A stretch of 64,000 bases of DNA, taken from Mobula hypostoma. Lineage: Eukaryota. The notes below the pieces were generated by a model. It worked only from the letters and a program-made list of their open reading frames with translations. It had not been told where the DNA came from and did not search any database. How positions within the stretch are numbered: the stretch's first letter is position 1; each line of letters starts with the position of its first letter. A program made the translations under genes and the position numbers. Of the stretch, positions 52,002 to 61,353 are shown piece after piece. The stretch lies in contig NC_086106.1 in the NCBI RefSeq assembly GCF_963921235.1, positions 34,410,001 through 34,474,000 of the forward strand, read 5' to 3'.

Positions 52002-52304
52002 AATCATTAAAACTGAATTGTAGACGGAGGCTTTCCACAATAATCCAGGAACGAAGGGCTGACCAATATATTCCATTTCCTTCAGTTTCACCCACCCTTG
52101 TATTTATTCAGTGCGCTGAAAGCGTATATGACAATAAAACTGGAATTTCGCTGTTTGATTACCAGGGACTGTAGGTAGAATTCAACCTAAAGGAGAAATG
52201 AAATTGTTTGAAAAACTATGTTGAGTAACATCCATCAACGTAAAGGCATATTTTGTAATCCTCTTTACAAATAGATCAGCTTAAAAAAATAAAACTGTCT
52301 CGGA

Positions 52305-52372
52305 GGTTTGTGCTATGGCTTAGACTACTGTGGCACTGTTGTTGCACATCAGTTCACATGAGCACAATATCC
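52305..52372 (-). other. D2 segment (52333-52344, CAACAACAGTGC) with 12-RSS on both sides
   Basis: Plus strand: GGTTTGTGC-12nt-TACTGTG-[GCACTGTTGTTG]-CACATCA-12nt-ACAATATCC. The V-side heptamer is non-consensus in its last three bases. Confidence 0.85.
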
Positions 52373-52684
52373 TCATTGTTGTAAATAGCGTATAAATCCG
52401 TCAGATAATCCCATACGTCCATGATACAATGGTAGAGGACATGAATTAAGTGGTTGCACTGGCTTGTTTAAATCCCGTCGATAATAGTTCTCAGCCAGGT
52501 AGATAATATCAAGGCTTAGTTATTAATATGATTACCACCTATGTATTGCAATTGTGCAAACGTATAGAGCAAGGCTATGTTTTGTGTACCAGTCTCTGGC
52601 AGAGATAAAGAATCTTTGTTAGAAAGCAGTTTTAGTCCCTAAAGAAATATTTTACATTAATTTCGCATTAATAACTGCCGAGGC

Positions 52685-52762
52685 GATTTGTGCATGAAGG
52701 GGACTGGAGATTCATCACTGTGGTTTGCACTTGTCACAGTGGTTGATTCAATAGCAATAAGG
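52685..52762 (-). other. D1 segment (52723-52734, ACAAGTGCAAAC) with 5' 12-RSS and 3' 22-RSS
   Basis: Plus strand: GATTTGTGC-22nt-CACTGTG-[GTTTGCACTTGT]-CACAGTG-12nt-GCAATAAGG. Both heptamers are perfect. Confidence 0.92.
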
Positions 52763-52957
52763 TCTCCATTTACATAACTCTGGGAGAATACAGACGCTGC
52801 ACCTCCAACTGTATCCACTTGGATATAAGCGGCATTGTGACTGTCGCCAACTTAGTACTAATGTACGCTCGCTCTACAGCGGAATCAACTGCTGCTCGGT
52901 AATTTTCTTTTCCATAAGAATGAAGCAGTCAGAGATTCTCGCGTGAAAGATTTTCAA

Positions 52958-52995
52958 ACTTTTTGAATTGGCGTGTGCTCAGCTTCTTTACTGTG
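52958..52995 (-). other. V recombination signal sequence (22-bp spacer)
   Basis: CACAGTA - 22 nt - TCAAAAAGT immediately 3' of the V coding end. Confidence 0.92.
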
Positions 52996-53267
52996 GTCTT
53001 CAGCAGTACAGAAATACGTGGCCGTGTCCTCAACAATTAGGTTGCTGATCTGCAGGGAAAAGGACTTTGTTGTGTTGTTCACTGATTCCGCATATCGTCC
53101 TCCAATAGACAGCCTATCCCAACCCGATTGACTCGGTCTTTGGATGAACCATGATGTGCTATGCAGGCTACAGTTAGCACCTTTTAAAACACAGTTGATG
53201 GTCAGAGTTTCGCCTGGTTGTTTTATTGCTTCTCTTGGTGTCTGTTCTACCGATACACTGAAGGCAT
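52996..53267 (-). CDS. IgNAR: VNAR variable exon, type II-like (extra Cys in CDR1)
   Basis: Acceptor ttccttccttcag. Open frame (N)AFS-VSVEQTPREAIKQPGETLTINCVLKGANCSLHSTSWFIQRPSQSGWDRLSIGGRYAESVNNTTKSFSLQISNLIVEDTATYFCTAED has canonical C, W and YxC, the short FR2-HV2 with no CDR2 typical of VNAR, and a CDR1 Cys. Confidence 0.96.
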
Positions 53268-53395
53268 CTGAAGGAAGGAAAACATATTTAATCATCGCAT
53301 ATCTGAAGCAGCACAGGATTTAACATAAAATGAAATTTGTGGAAGCAACGGCAATAAAGTAACCATTATTCTCTTTAAAACTGAACTGCACTTAC

Positions 53396-53438
53396 TTGGC
53401 AGCCAGGCTAAAAATATCGAAACACATAAAATATTCAT
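53396..53438 (-). CDS. IgNAR: IgNAR leader exon
   Basis: ATG at 53438 encodes MNILCVSIFLAWLP plus 1 nt, then a GTAAGT donor. Closely resembles the shark IgNAR leader MNIFLLSVLLAWLP. Confidence 0.93.
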
Positions 53439-53528
53439 CGTTCCTTCACAACCTGAAAACCTGCTAAACAGAGAAGGTTCCACACATCAGCGCAGGTTGT
53501 CTGTGCAACCTTGTGGAGGAGCAAAGTC

Positions 53529-53536
53529 TTTATATG
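53529..53536 (-). promoter_or_regulatory. TATA-like box of the IgNAR V promoter
   Basis: Minus strand CATATAAA lies about 20 bp downstream of the octamer and about 90 bp upstream of the ATG. Confidence 0.6.
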
Positions 53537-53552
53537 CCTCGGGAGTCTGGCC

Positions 53553-53574
53553 TCATTTGCATAATGCAAAATGA
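53553..53574 (-). promoter_or_regulatory. Ig octamer ATGCAAAT (53555-53562) within an inverted pair of octamer-like sites
   Basis: Plus strand reads TCATTTGCAT-A-ATGCAAAATGA. The perfect octamer is in heavy-chain orientation on the coding strand, 117 bp upstream of the leader ATG. Confidence 0.75.
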
Positions 53575-54177
53575 CTGCACATTTACTACGATTATAGCTT
53601 GGATAATGATATGCATTATATCCCATAATTACATCGGTAAAATATATGACCTATTAACGTGAATGTATGGATAGAAATTTAGAGAAAGAAATTCATTGCT
53701 TCCTTCCGTCGTACTGAACGTACTTCTCTTTGCTCTGTTATATGGAGAGAGCTTCGCAAAAATGTGATAAAAGTCTGAAGGTCATTATGACACAGAAAAT
53801 ACTCTGAAACCAATTCAGTTCAACACCACGAATAACTAAAGATTATTCCTAATGATGCAGACAAACTGAACACATCCCTGTCTCCCTATTTTGCTTCCTC
53901 TATTCGCCACTGGTTGTCAGCATGAATCTGACACCAGACGTAGTAACAAAATCTGAGCCGAAGTTTATTTCAATTGTGGTTTCGACACTTCGCATGCAAT
54001 GTGCGTGAATAGCAATGAAGCAACACACAAGATACTGGAGGAACACGACTAGACAGAAAGCCTTACGGTGTAAAGAAACATAGAAACATAGAAACATAGA
54101 AAATAGGTGCAGGAGTAGGCCATTCGGCCCTTCGAGCCTGCACCGCCATTTATTATGATCATGGCTGATCATCCAAC

Positions 54178-57100
54178 TCAGAACCCCGCCCCAGCCTTCC
54201 CTCCATACCCCCTGACCCCTGTAGCCACAAGGGCCATATCTAACTCCCTCTTAAACATAGCCAATGAACTGGCCTCAACAGTTTCCTGTGGCAGAGAATT
54301 CCACAGATTCACCACTCTCTGTGTGAAGAAGTTTTTCCTAATCTCGGTCCTAAAAGGCTTCCCCTCTATCCTCAAACTGTGACCCCTCGTTCTAGACTTC
54401 CCCAACATCGGGAACAATCTTCCTGCATCTAGCCTGTCCAATCCCTTTAGGATCTTATACGTTTCAATCAGATCCCCCCTCAATCTTCTAAATTCCAACG
54501 AGTACAAGCCCAGTTCATCCAGTCTTTCTTCATATGAAAGTCCTGCCATCCCAGGAATCAATCTAGTGAACCTTCTTTGTACTCCCTCTATGGCAAAGAT
54601 GTCTTTCCTCAGATTAGGGGACCAAAACTGCACACAATACTCCAGGTGTGGTCTCACCAAGGCCTTGTACAACTGCAGTAGTACCTCCCTGCTCCTGTAC
54701 TCGAATCCTCTCGCTATAAATGCCAGCATACCATTCGCCTTTTTCACCGCCTGCTGTACCTGCATGCCCACTTTCAATGACTGGTGTATAATGACACCCA
54801 GGTCTCGTTGCACCTCCCCTTTTCCTAATCGGCCACCATTCAGATAATAATCTGTTTTCCTATTTTTGCCACCAAAGTGGATAACTTCACATTTATCCAC
54901 ATTAAATTGCATCTGCCATGAGTTTGCCCACTCACCCAACCTATCCAAGTCACCCTGTATCCTCTTAGCATCCTCCTCACTGCTAACACTGCCGCCAAGC
55001 TTCGTGTCATCCGCAAACTTGGAGATGCTGCATTTAATTCCCTCATCCAAGTCATTAATATATATTGTAAACAACTGGGGTCCCAGCACTGAGCCTTGCG
55101 GTACCTCACTAGTCACCGCCTGCCATTCTGAAAAGGTCCCGTTTATTCCCACTCTTTGCTTCCTGTCTGCTAACCAATTCTCCACCCACACCAATACCTT
55201 ACCCCCAATACCGTGTGCTTTAAGTTTGCACACTAATCTCCTATGTGGGACCTTGTCAAAAGCCTTTTGAAAATCCAAATATACCACATCCACTGGTTCT
55301 CCCCTATCCACTCTACTAGTTACATCCTCAAAAAATTCTATGAGATTCGTCAGACATGATTTTCCTTTCACAAATCCATGCTGACTTTGTCCGATCATTT
55401 CTCCGCTTTCCAAATGTGCTGTTATCACATCCTTGATAACTAACTCCAGCAGTTTCCCCATCACCGACGTTAGGCTAACCGGTCTATAATTCCCCGGTTT
55501 CTCTCTCCCTCCTTTTTTTTTAAAAATTGGGGTTACATTAGCCACCCTCCAATACTCAGGAACTAGTCCAGAATCTAACGAGTTTTGAAAAATTATCACT
55601 AATGCATCCACTATTTCTTGGGCTACTTCCTTAAGCACTCTAGGATGCAGACCATCTGGCCCTGGGGATTTATCTGCCTTCAATCCCTGCAATTTACCTA
55701 ACACCACTTCCCTACTAACATGTATTTCACTCAGTTCCTCCATCTCACAGGACCCTCTGTCCCTTACTATTTCTGGAAGATTATTTGTGTCCTCCTTAGT
55801 GAAGACAGAACCAAAGTAATTATTCAATTGGTCTGCCATGTCCTTGCTCCCCATAATCAATTCACCTGTTTCTGTCTGCAGGGGACCTACATTTGTCTTT
55901 ACCAGTCTTTTCCTTTTTACATATCTATAAAAGCTTTTACAGTCCGTTTTTATGTTCTCTGCCAGTTTTCTCTCATAATCTTTTTTCCCCTTCCTAATTA
56001 AGCCCTTTGTCCTCCTCTGCTGAACTCTGAATTCCTCCCAGTCCTCAGGTGAGCCACTTTCTCTGGCTAATTTGTATGCTACTTCTTTGGAATTGATACT
56101 ATCCCTAATTTCTCTTGTCAGCCACGGGTGCACTACCTTCCTTGATTTATTCTTTTGCCAAACTGGGATGAACAATTGTTGTAGTTCATCCATGCAACCT
56201 ATAAATGCTTGCCATTGCATATCCACCGTCAATCCTTTAAGTGTCATTTGCCAGTCTATCTTAGCTAATTCACGTGTCATACCTTCAAAGTTACCCTTCT
56301 TTAAGTTCAGAACCTTTGTTTCTGAATTAACTATGTCACTCTCCATATTAATGAAGAATTCCACCATATTATGGTCACTCTTACCCACGGGGCCTCTCAC
56401 GACAAGATCGCTAATTAACCCTTCCTCATTGCTCAAAACCCAGTCCAGAATAGCCTGCTCTCTAGTTGGTTCCTCGACATGTTGGTTCAAAAAACCATCC
56501 CGCATACATTCCAAGAAATCCTCTTCCTCAGCACCTTTAACAATTTGGTTCACCCAGTCTACATGTAGATTGAAGTCACCCATTATAACTGTTGTTCCTT
56601 TATTGCACACATTTCTAATTTCCTGTTTAATACCATCTCCGACCTCACTACTACTGTTAGGTGGCCTGTACACAACTCCCACCAGCGTCTTCTGCCCCTT
56701 AGTGTTACGCAGCTCTACCCATATCGATTCCACATCTTCCCGGCTTATGTCCTTCCTTTCTATTGTGTTAATCTCTTCTTTAACCAGCAACGCCACCCCA
56801 CCTCCCCTTCCTTCATGTCTATCCCTCCTGAATATTGAATATCCCTGAACGTTGAGCTCCCATCCCTGGTCACCCTGGAGCCATGTCTCTGTGATCCCAA
56901 CTATATCATAATCATTAATAACAATCTGCACTTTCAATTCATCCACCTTATTACGAATGCTCCTTGCATTGACACATAAAGCCTTCAGGCGCTCTTTTAC
57001 AACTCTCTTAGCCCTTGTACAATTATGTTGAAAAGTGGCCCTTTTTAATGCTTGCCCTGGATTTGTTGGCCTGCCACTTTTACTTTTCTCCTTTGTACTT

Positions 57101-57213
57101 TTTGCTTCTACGCTCACTTTACACCACTCTGTCTCTCTGCACTGGTTCCCAACCCCCTGTTGTGAACTAACCTCCTCTCGCCTAACCTCTTTAATTTGAT
57201 TCCCATCCCCCAA
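54178..57213 (-). CDS. CR1 ORF2: apurinic-like endonuclease plus reverse transcriptase, 1011 aa, uninterrupted
   Basis: NARSI, GITETW, GVVYRPP and MGDFN (APE); QGSVLGP and FADD (RT). The annotated start is TTG, not ATG. Confidence 0.95.
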   Translation of the reverse strand: MGDGNQIKEVRREEVSSQQGVGNQCRETEWCKVSVEAKSTKEKSKSGRPTNPGQALKRATFQHNCTRAKRVVKERLKALCVNARSIRNKVDELKVQIVINDYDIVGITETWLQGDQGWELNVQGYSIFRRDRHEGRGGGVALLVKEEINTIERKDISREDVESIWVELRNTKGQKTLVGVVYRPPNSSSEVGDGIKQEIRNVCNKGTTVIMGDFNLHVDWVNQIVKGAEEEDFLECMRDGFLNQHVEEPTREQAILDWVLSNEEGLISDLVVRGPVGKSDHNMVEFFINMESDIVNSETKVLNLKKGNFEGMTRELAKIDWQMTLKGLTVDMQWQAFIGCMDELQQLFIPVWQKNKSRKVVHPWLTREIRDSINSKEVAYKLARESGSPEDWEEFRVQQRRTKGLIRKGKKDYERKLAENIKTDCKSFYRYVKRKRLVKTNVGPLQTETGELIMGSKDMADQLNNYFGSVFTKEDTNNLPEIVRDRGSCEMEELSEIHVSREVVLGKLQGLKADKSPGPDGLHPRVLKEVAQEIVDALVIIFQNSLDSGLVPEYWRVANVTPIFKKKGGREKPGNYRPVSLTSVMGKLLELVIKDVITAHLESGEMIGQSQHGFVKGKSCLTNLIEFFEDVTSRVDRGEPVDVVYLDFQKAFDKVPHRRLVCKLKAHGIGGKVLVWVENWLADRKQRVGINGTFSEWQAVTSEVPQGSVLGPQLFTIYINDLDEGIKCSISKFADDTKLGGSVSSEEDAKRIQGDLDRLGEWANSWQMQFNVDKCEVIHFGGKNRKTDYYLNGGRLGKGEVQRDLGVIIHQSLKVGMQVQQAVKKANGMLAFIARGFEYRSREVLLQLYKALVRPHLEYCVQFWSPNLRKDIFAIEGVQRRFTRLIPGMAGLSYEERLDELGLYSLEFRRLRGDLIETYKILKGLDRLDAGRLFPMLGKSRTRGHSLRIEGKPFRTEIRKNFFTQRVVNLWNSLPQETVEASSLAMFKRELDMALVATGVRGYGGKAGAGF

Positions 57214-57218
57214 CCATT

Positions 57219-58156
57219 CTAGTTTAAAGTCACCTCAGTAGCCCCCGCTAATCTCCCCGCCAGGATATTGGACCCCCTAGGATTCAAGTGTAACCCGTCC
57301 TTTTTGTACAGGTCACGCCTGCGCCAAAAGAGGTCCCAATGATCCAAAAAGTTGAATCCCTGCCCCCTGCTCCAATCCCTCAGCCACGCATTTATCCTCC
57401 ACCTCATCGCATTCCTACTCTCACTGTCGCGTGGCACAGGCAGTAATCCCGAGATTACTACCTTTGCGTTCCTTTTTCTCAACTCCCTTCCTAGCTCCCT
57501 ATATTCTCCTTTCAGGACCTCATCCCTTTTCCTACCTATGTCATTGGTACCTATATGTACCACGACCTCTGGCTCCTCACCCTCCCACTTCAGGATATCT
57601 TGGACACGATCAGAAATATCCCGGACCCTGGCACCAGGGAGGCAAACTACCATCCGGGTCTCTGGACTGCGTCCACAGAATCGCCTATCTGACCCCCTTA
57701 CTATCGAGTCCCCTATCACAACTGCCCTCCTCTTCCTTGCCCTACCCTTCTGAGCTACAGGGCCAGACTCTGTGCCGGAGGCACGGCCACTGTCGCTTCC
57801 CCCGGGTAAGCTGTCCCCCCCCCAACAGTACTCAAACAGGAGTACCTGTTGTTAAGGGGCACAGCCACCGGGGTACTCCCCATCACCTGACTTTTCCCCT
57901 TCCCCCTCCTAACCTTGACCCACTTGTCTGCCTCCCGTGGCCCCGGCGTGACCACCTGCTTTCCACTCCTCTCTATCACCTCCTCGCTCTCCCTGACCAG
58001 ACGAAGGTCATCGAGCTGCAGCTCCAGTTCCGTAACACGGTTCCTTAGGAGCTGCATCTCGATGCACTTGGCGCAGATGTAGACGTCCGGGAGGCTTGGA
58101 GACTCCAGGGCCTCCCACATCCGACACCGAGAACAGCAAACTGCCCTCACAGTCAT
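57219..58156 (-). CDS. CR1 ORF1: Cys-rich N-terminus plus SGNH-type esterase, frameshifted at a 9-C run (57815-57823)
   Basis: MTVRAVCCSRCRMWE...YICAKC in one frame; GDSIVRG...HIGTND...LHLN esterase motifs in the next. The frames join at the homopolymer. Confidence 0.85.
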
Positions 58157-58512
58157 AATGCCCCTCTCCTCAAATAACAACAGAAAATGAATGTCAAACC
58201 TTTCTCGCCTCGCCCGCTTCCGCCTAAGCCCGTTGAGCACAGATCTGTCTAATTTAGGGTAGTAATCCGGTCATTTCTGATCAGAAGACAGAAAGGAGAT
58301 AGATTTAGGGACGAAGATCCTATCAGATTGTTCATTGTGAACGGATTTGTCAAATTCGAACAACGTGGCAAACTACGAACCATATTCCATAATGATGTTA
58401 AAGGGAGAAGAAGATGGGCAATGAATATGATAAATGTTCAACTTCTGAGGGTAGCCGATATGCATAAAATACATAATTTTAATGGAATCTATAGCTTATA
58501 AGGAAGAGTGGA

Positions 58513-59165
58513 TTAAGCGGGTTTCGACTTTTATGTTACTGCGGAGGCTAATTAAAATGGCGTCTTTATTATGTTAATCTGGGGAATGCGGCTTTGTTGT
58601 GTTAAACGTTGAGAAAGTTTGCGCTAGCAGCTTGTTTTTTTCTTTAGAGTGTGATAAGATAGTGCTACTAACCAATTGGGATAGTTGTTATGGTTTTGGT
58701 GTATTTGAAGATACTGTATGCGCGGGGTTTGGGGGCAGAAAGCGGGAGAGTGAGACAGAGGATGGACGAGGTGCTGTGAGTCCGCTAACGGACTAGTGTG
58801 GAGCGTCTGGTCGACCACTGTTGTTGGTCCCAGGCGGCCGGTCGAGGTGGTCCGAAGGGGTCGCAGGGTGAAGAAGAAGGTCCTTGAGCGCCAACGGTTT
58901 TTGTGCACGAAGAGATTGAACTTTGATAAGTGTAGCGCCTTTTATTTTCCTTTTAGATTTTATTCCCTTTTAATTATATAGTTCCAGTAATATCTATAAA
59001 CTGTATATCATTTAATTGCATCTGGTGTATTGTCTGTTATTTGGGCGGGGTGGGGTACCTCACACAGCATCCACACAAACGAATTACCCAGTTTGCCGGG
59101 GCCGAGGCTGTTTCTCTAGACGACAGCGAGCCGAGCGACCCTGAGGGTGGCCAGAGGGGGTTACA
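58513..59165 (+). repeat. 5' LTR
   Basis: Homologous to 62663-63415. Starts TTAAG (degenerate TGTAAG) and ends GGGGTTACA. Confidence 0.88.
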
Positions 59166-59168
59166 TTG

Positions 59169-59187
59169 TGTGGGCTTTGTCCGGGAT
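59169..59187 (+). promoter_or_regulatory. Primer-binding site, tRNA-Pro-like (degenerate)
   Basis: TGTGGGCTTTGTCCGGGAT compared with the tRNA-Pro PBS TGGGGGCTCGTCCGGGAT, just after the 5' LTR. Confidence 0.7.
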
Positions 59188-59329
59188 TGAGTCTGCTGGT
59201 GTGATGTGTGGGTGCCCTGTTTAAATCTGTAACGTGTGTTTCTGTGGGTTATTTGCTGGTGATTGCTGTATGTGTTGTGGGTGAGGTCTTTGTTCGAGTT
59301 CAGACTGGCATGGACGAGTGGGAGGTGGC

Positions 59330-59960
59330 ACTCGGGGCTGTCCATGCGGTTGGGAGAGAGAGGGAAGAGTGGTCTGATTTGGAGGTAGGGTCTGCGAATA
59401 AATGGTCTAGCTCTAGCAGGCTCCGCCTGGCACTTGGGATGGTGTCCACCCCAAGAGGGGCGGAGGCGTGTGAGACGTGGGCGGAGCGGATCTCTCAGTT
59501 GTTAGATGAGTGGCAGTGCTCGGTTGAGGGAGAGCGACAGGAATTGGTTGAAAGTTCGAGTAGGCGGGCTGGTGACGCTGTTAAAGCTGTCAGGTTCACT
59601 TACACCGTAGTGACAGCTGTTAGTTATTTGAAAGGGGGGGGGGGGGTTTCAGTGTGTCTTCTCTGGCTAGGAGGGTGGCTAAATTGCTTGCAGTGCCGGG
59701 GGATCATTTCAGGGGATCAGCCCCTTCTCGAGTTGTTCAGCTGATCAGAGAGGTGTCGGGAAACTTAGTGGAGGCCCAGTGGGGGAACGGCTTGGGGTCT
59801 CTGGGGAAGCACGTTCCCAGCAATGTACCAATGTACTTCCGAAAGGAGAAGACCCTGTTTCTGAAGGCTTAGAGGGACAACGCCCCAGAGTGTCGTTATG
59901 GATAGAGGGAAGCGATGCTAAAGCTACCCTCGACCCCGGGGCATAGATCAAGTTGTTGTA
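59330..59960 (+). pseudogene. PNMA-like Gypsy gag remnant
   Basis: TPRGAEACETWAERISQLLDEWQCSVEGERQELVES resembles the PNMA/Gypsy capsid motif (E.W...L.EWQ.S...R.RL.ESL). Confidence 0.75.
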
Positions 59961-60299
59961 CAGTTCGTTTTACAACCGGTGACTGAAGCATTTATCCTTG
60001 ACAACTGCAAGGGCACCGGAGACTTTGGGTCCTAGTGGCAGTAGTTATCCAGAAGACGATGATTGGTTAATGACTCTGGAGGTCATGGAGGCATTTTCTG
60101 GGCACCCAGCGTGTCGAGTTGCTTCTGAGGACGTGTGTAGCAGCCTTGAGCCGGTACCGAATTTAAATGAGACCCAGCGGTGGTACAGCTTGGGGAAAGT
60201 AGCTGAGGGTGAGACCCTCTTAGTAGATGCTCCGAACTACCACGAGGGAGGGGAGTTGACCGCAGAAGACACCTCAGTGAGAGAGAGGTCGCGGCAACT

Positions 60300-60636
60300 G
60301 GACCCTAGCGGCGTGGAAGATGGAGGCAGCGTGTGTGTGGATTATGCGATGTGGTTTAATGTGCTGCATCTGAGGGGTGGACGTTGCCAGATCCTGAGGA
60401 GTGCGGCTGTTGAGCTGAAGATGGCCTTTACTAGTTCCCTTGGATTCTTCCCATCCGAAAAGATTCCCAAGGGCGTATCCGGAGCCCCTGCATCCTTCCC
60501 GCGGGGCATGAGGAAGACCATGGGGGAAGTGAAGGTGTGTGGAGTTTTGACTTATGTGGATGACCACCTAGAGCTTGGATTCGCATGGGGGGACTATGAG
60601 GCGAGACGAGTGGCTGAGCCCGGGCGACCGAAGTGA
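60300..60636 (+). pseudogene. Gypsy reverse transcriptase remnant
   Basis: CVDY..., KMAFTSSLGFF..KIPKGVSGAPASFPRGM..., VLTYVDD (YxDD). Confidence 0.8.
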
Positions 60637-61353
60637 AGTGTCAAATATGGAGGAGTTTTTGGCCGGAGGAGTTTGGTGCAATGTGAAGAAAATGACCCGA
60701 CATACCAGTTGAACTTCCTGGTGTTGGGACAGACGGTGGTGGACCGGGGGATGGAAACCCAGGTCGTCAATCTGAATGAGACACAGGGAAGAGAGGGGAT
60801 TTGCACCGCACTGCGGTCTTGGACTGATGAATTAATCCAGCGAGAAGAAACAATGACCCACCTTCGAAGGGATCAGCAGAAACTCAAGACGTCGATTCAG
60901 AACAGATTGGAAGACTTGCAAGTTGGGGAAATCAAGGAAGTGTTCTGACTGAGGTCAACAGAAAACCGAGAGCCCAGGGAGGGGAGTTTGGCTACACTCC
61001 CGAGGAGGTAAAGAAATGGAGAACAGATCTCGGAAAAGGGAGGCGGACGCTTGAAAGGAACCTGAAGATGACTATCGCAAATTTAAATGAAGTGGAAAAA
61101 ACTGGAAGTTGACCTGGAGGACGTCCTCAGGAAGAAACAACCGGAGGCTGAACATTCTTTAACTGCTGCTTTTCAGGTCAGGGAGGAAGAAGCTGGTGGG
61201 GTAACTGCGTCCCAGATTGAGATGGCCAGGAACCCTGAGTCAGAACTGCTGAGGCTGTGGCGAGAGTTGAAGGAGTCCCCGAAGAAGCTGACGTCTCGAC
61301 TGCGGGAGGCTGAAGGGGTAGCCCCGGCTAACTGTTTCAGTTTGGAGAAACTC

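Larger units (their letters stand above)
42942..53438 (-). pseudogene. IgNAR: IgNAR (new antigen receptor) heavy-chain cluster, germline L-V-D-D-J-C1-C2-C3; constant region carries disabling changes (possible pseudogene or short isoform)
   Basis: Leader MNILCVSIFLAWLP, VNAR lacking CDR2, RSS-flanked D and J segments, and three phase-1 C1-set exons that match shark IgNAR C1, C2 and C3 in order. TAA and acceptor change in C2, frameshift in C3. Confidence 0.93.
54074..58238 (-). mobile_element. Near-full-length young CR1 LINE
   Basis: ORF1 plus intact ORF2, and a 3' tail of (AGAAACAT)x3 on the plus strand at 54074-54097. No TSD seen, which is usual for CR1. Confidence 0.95.

Noticed and set aside
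52833-52839. CATTGTG heptamer-like word between V and D1 as a possible third D
   Set aside because: No nonamer at a 12 or 22/23 spacing and no partner heptamer.
52996-53267. Interpretation of the V as a NAR-TCR V domain
   Set aside because: It is followed by J and exons matching IgNAR C1-C3, not by a supporting TCR-delta V and C.
54566-56848. Long plus-strand ORFs antisense to CR1 ORF2
   Set aside because: Shadow frames of the RT coding sequence, repeated identically in the second CR1 copy.
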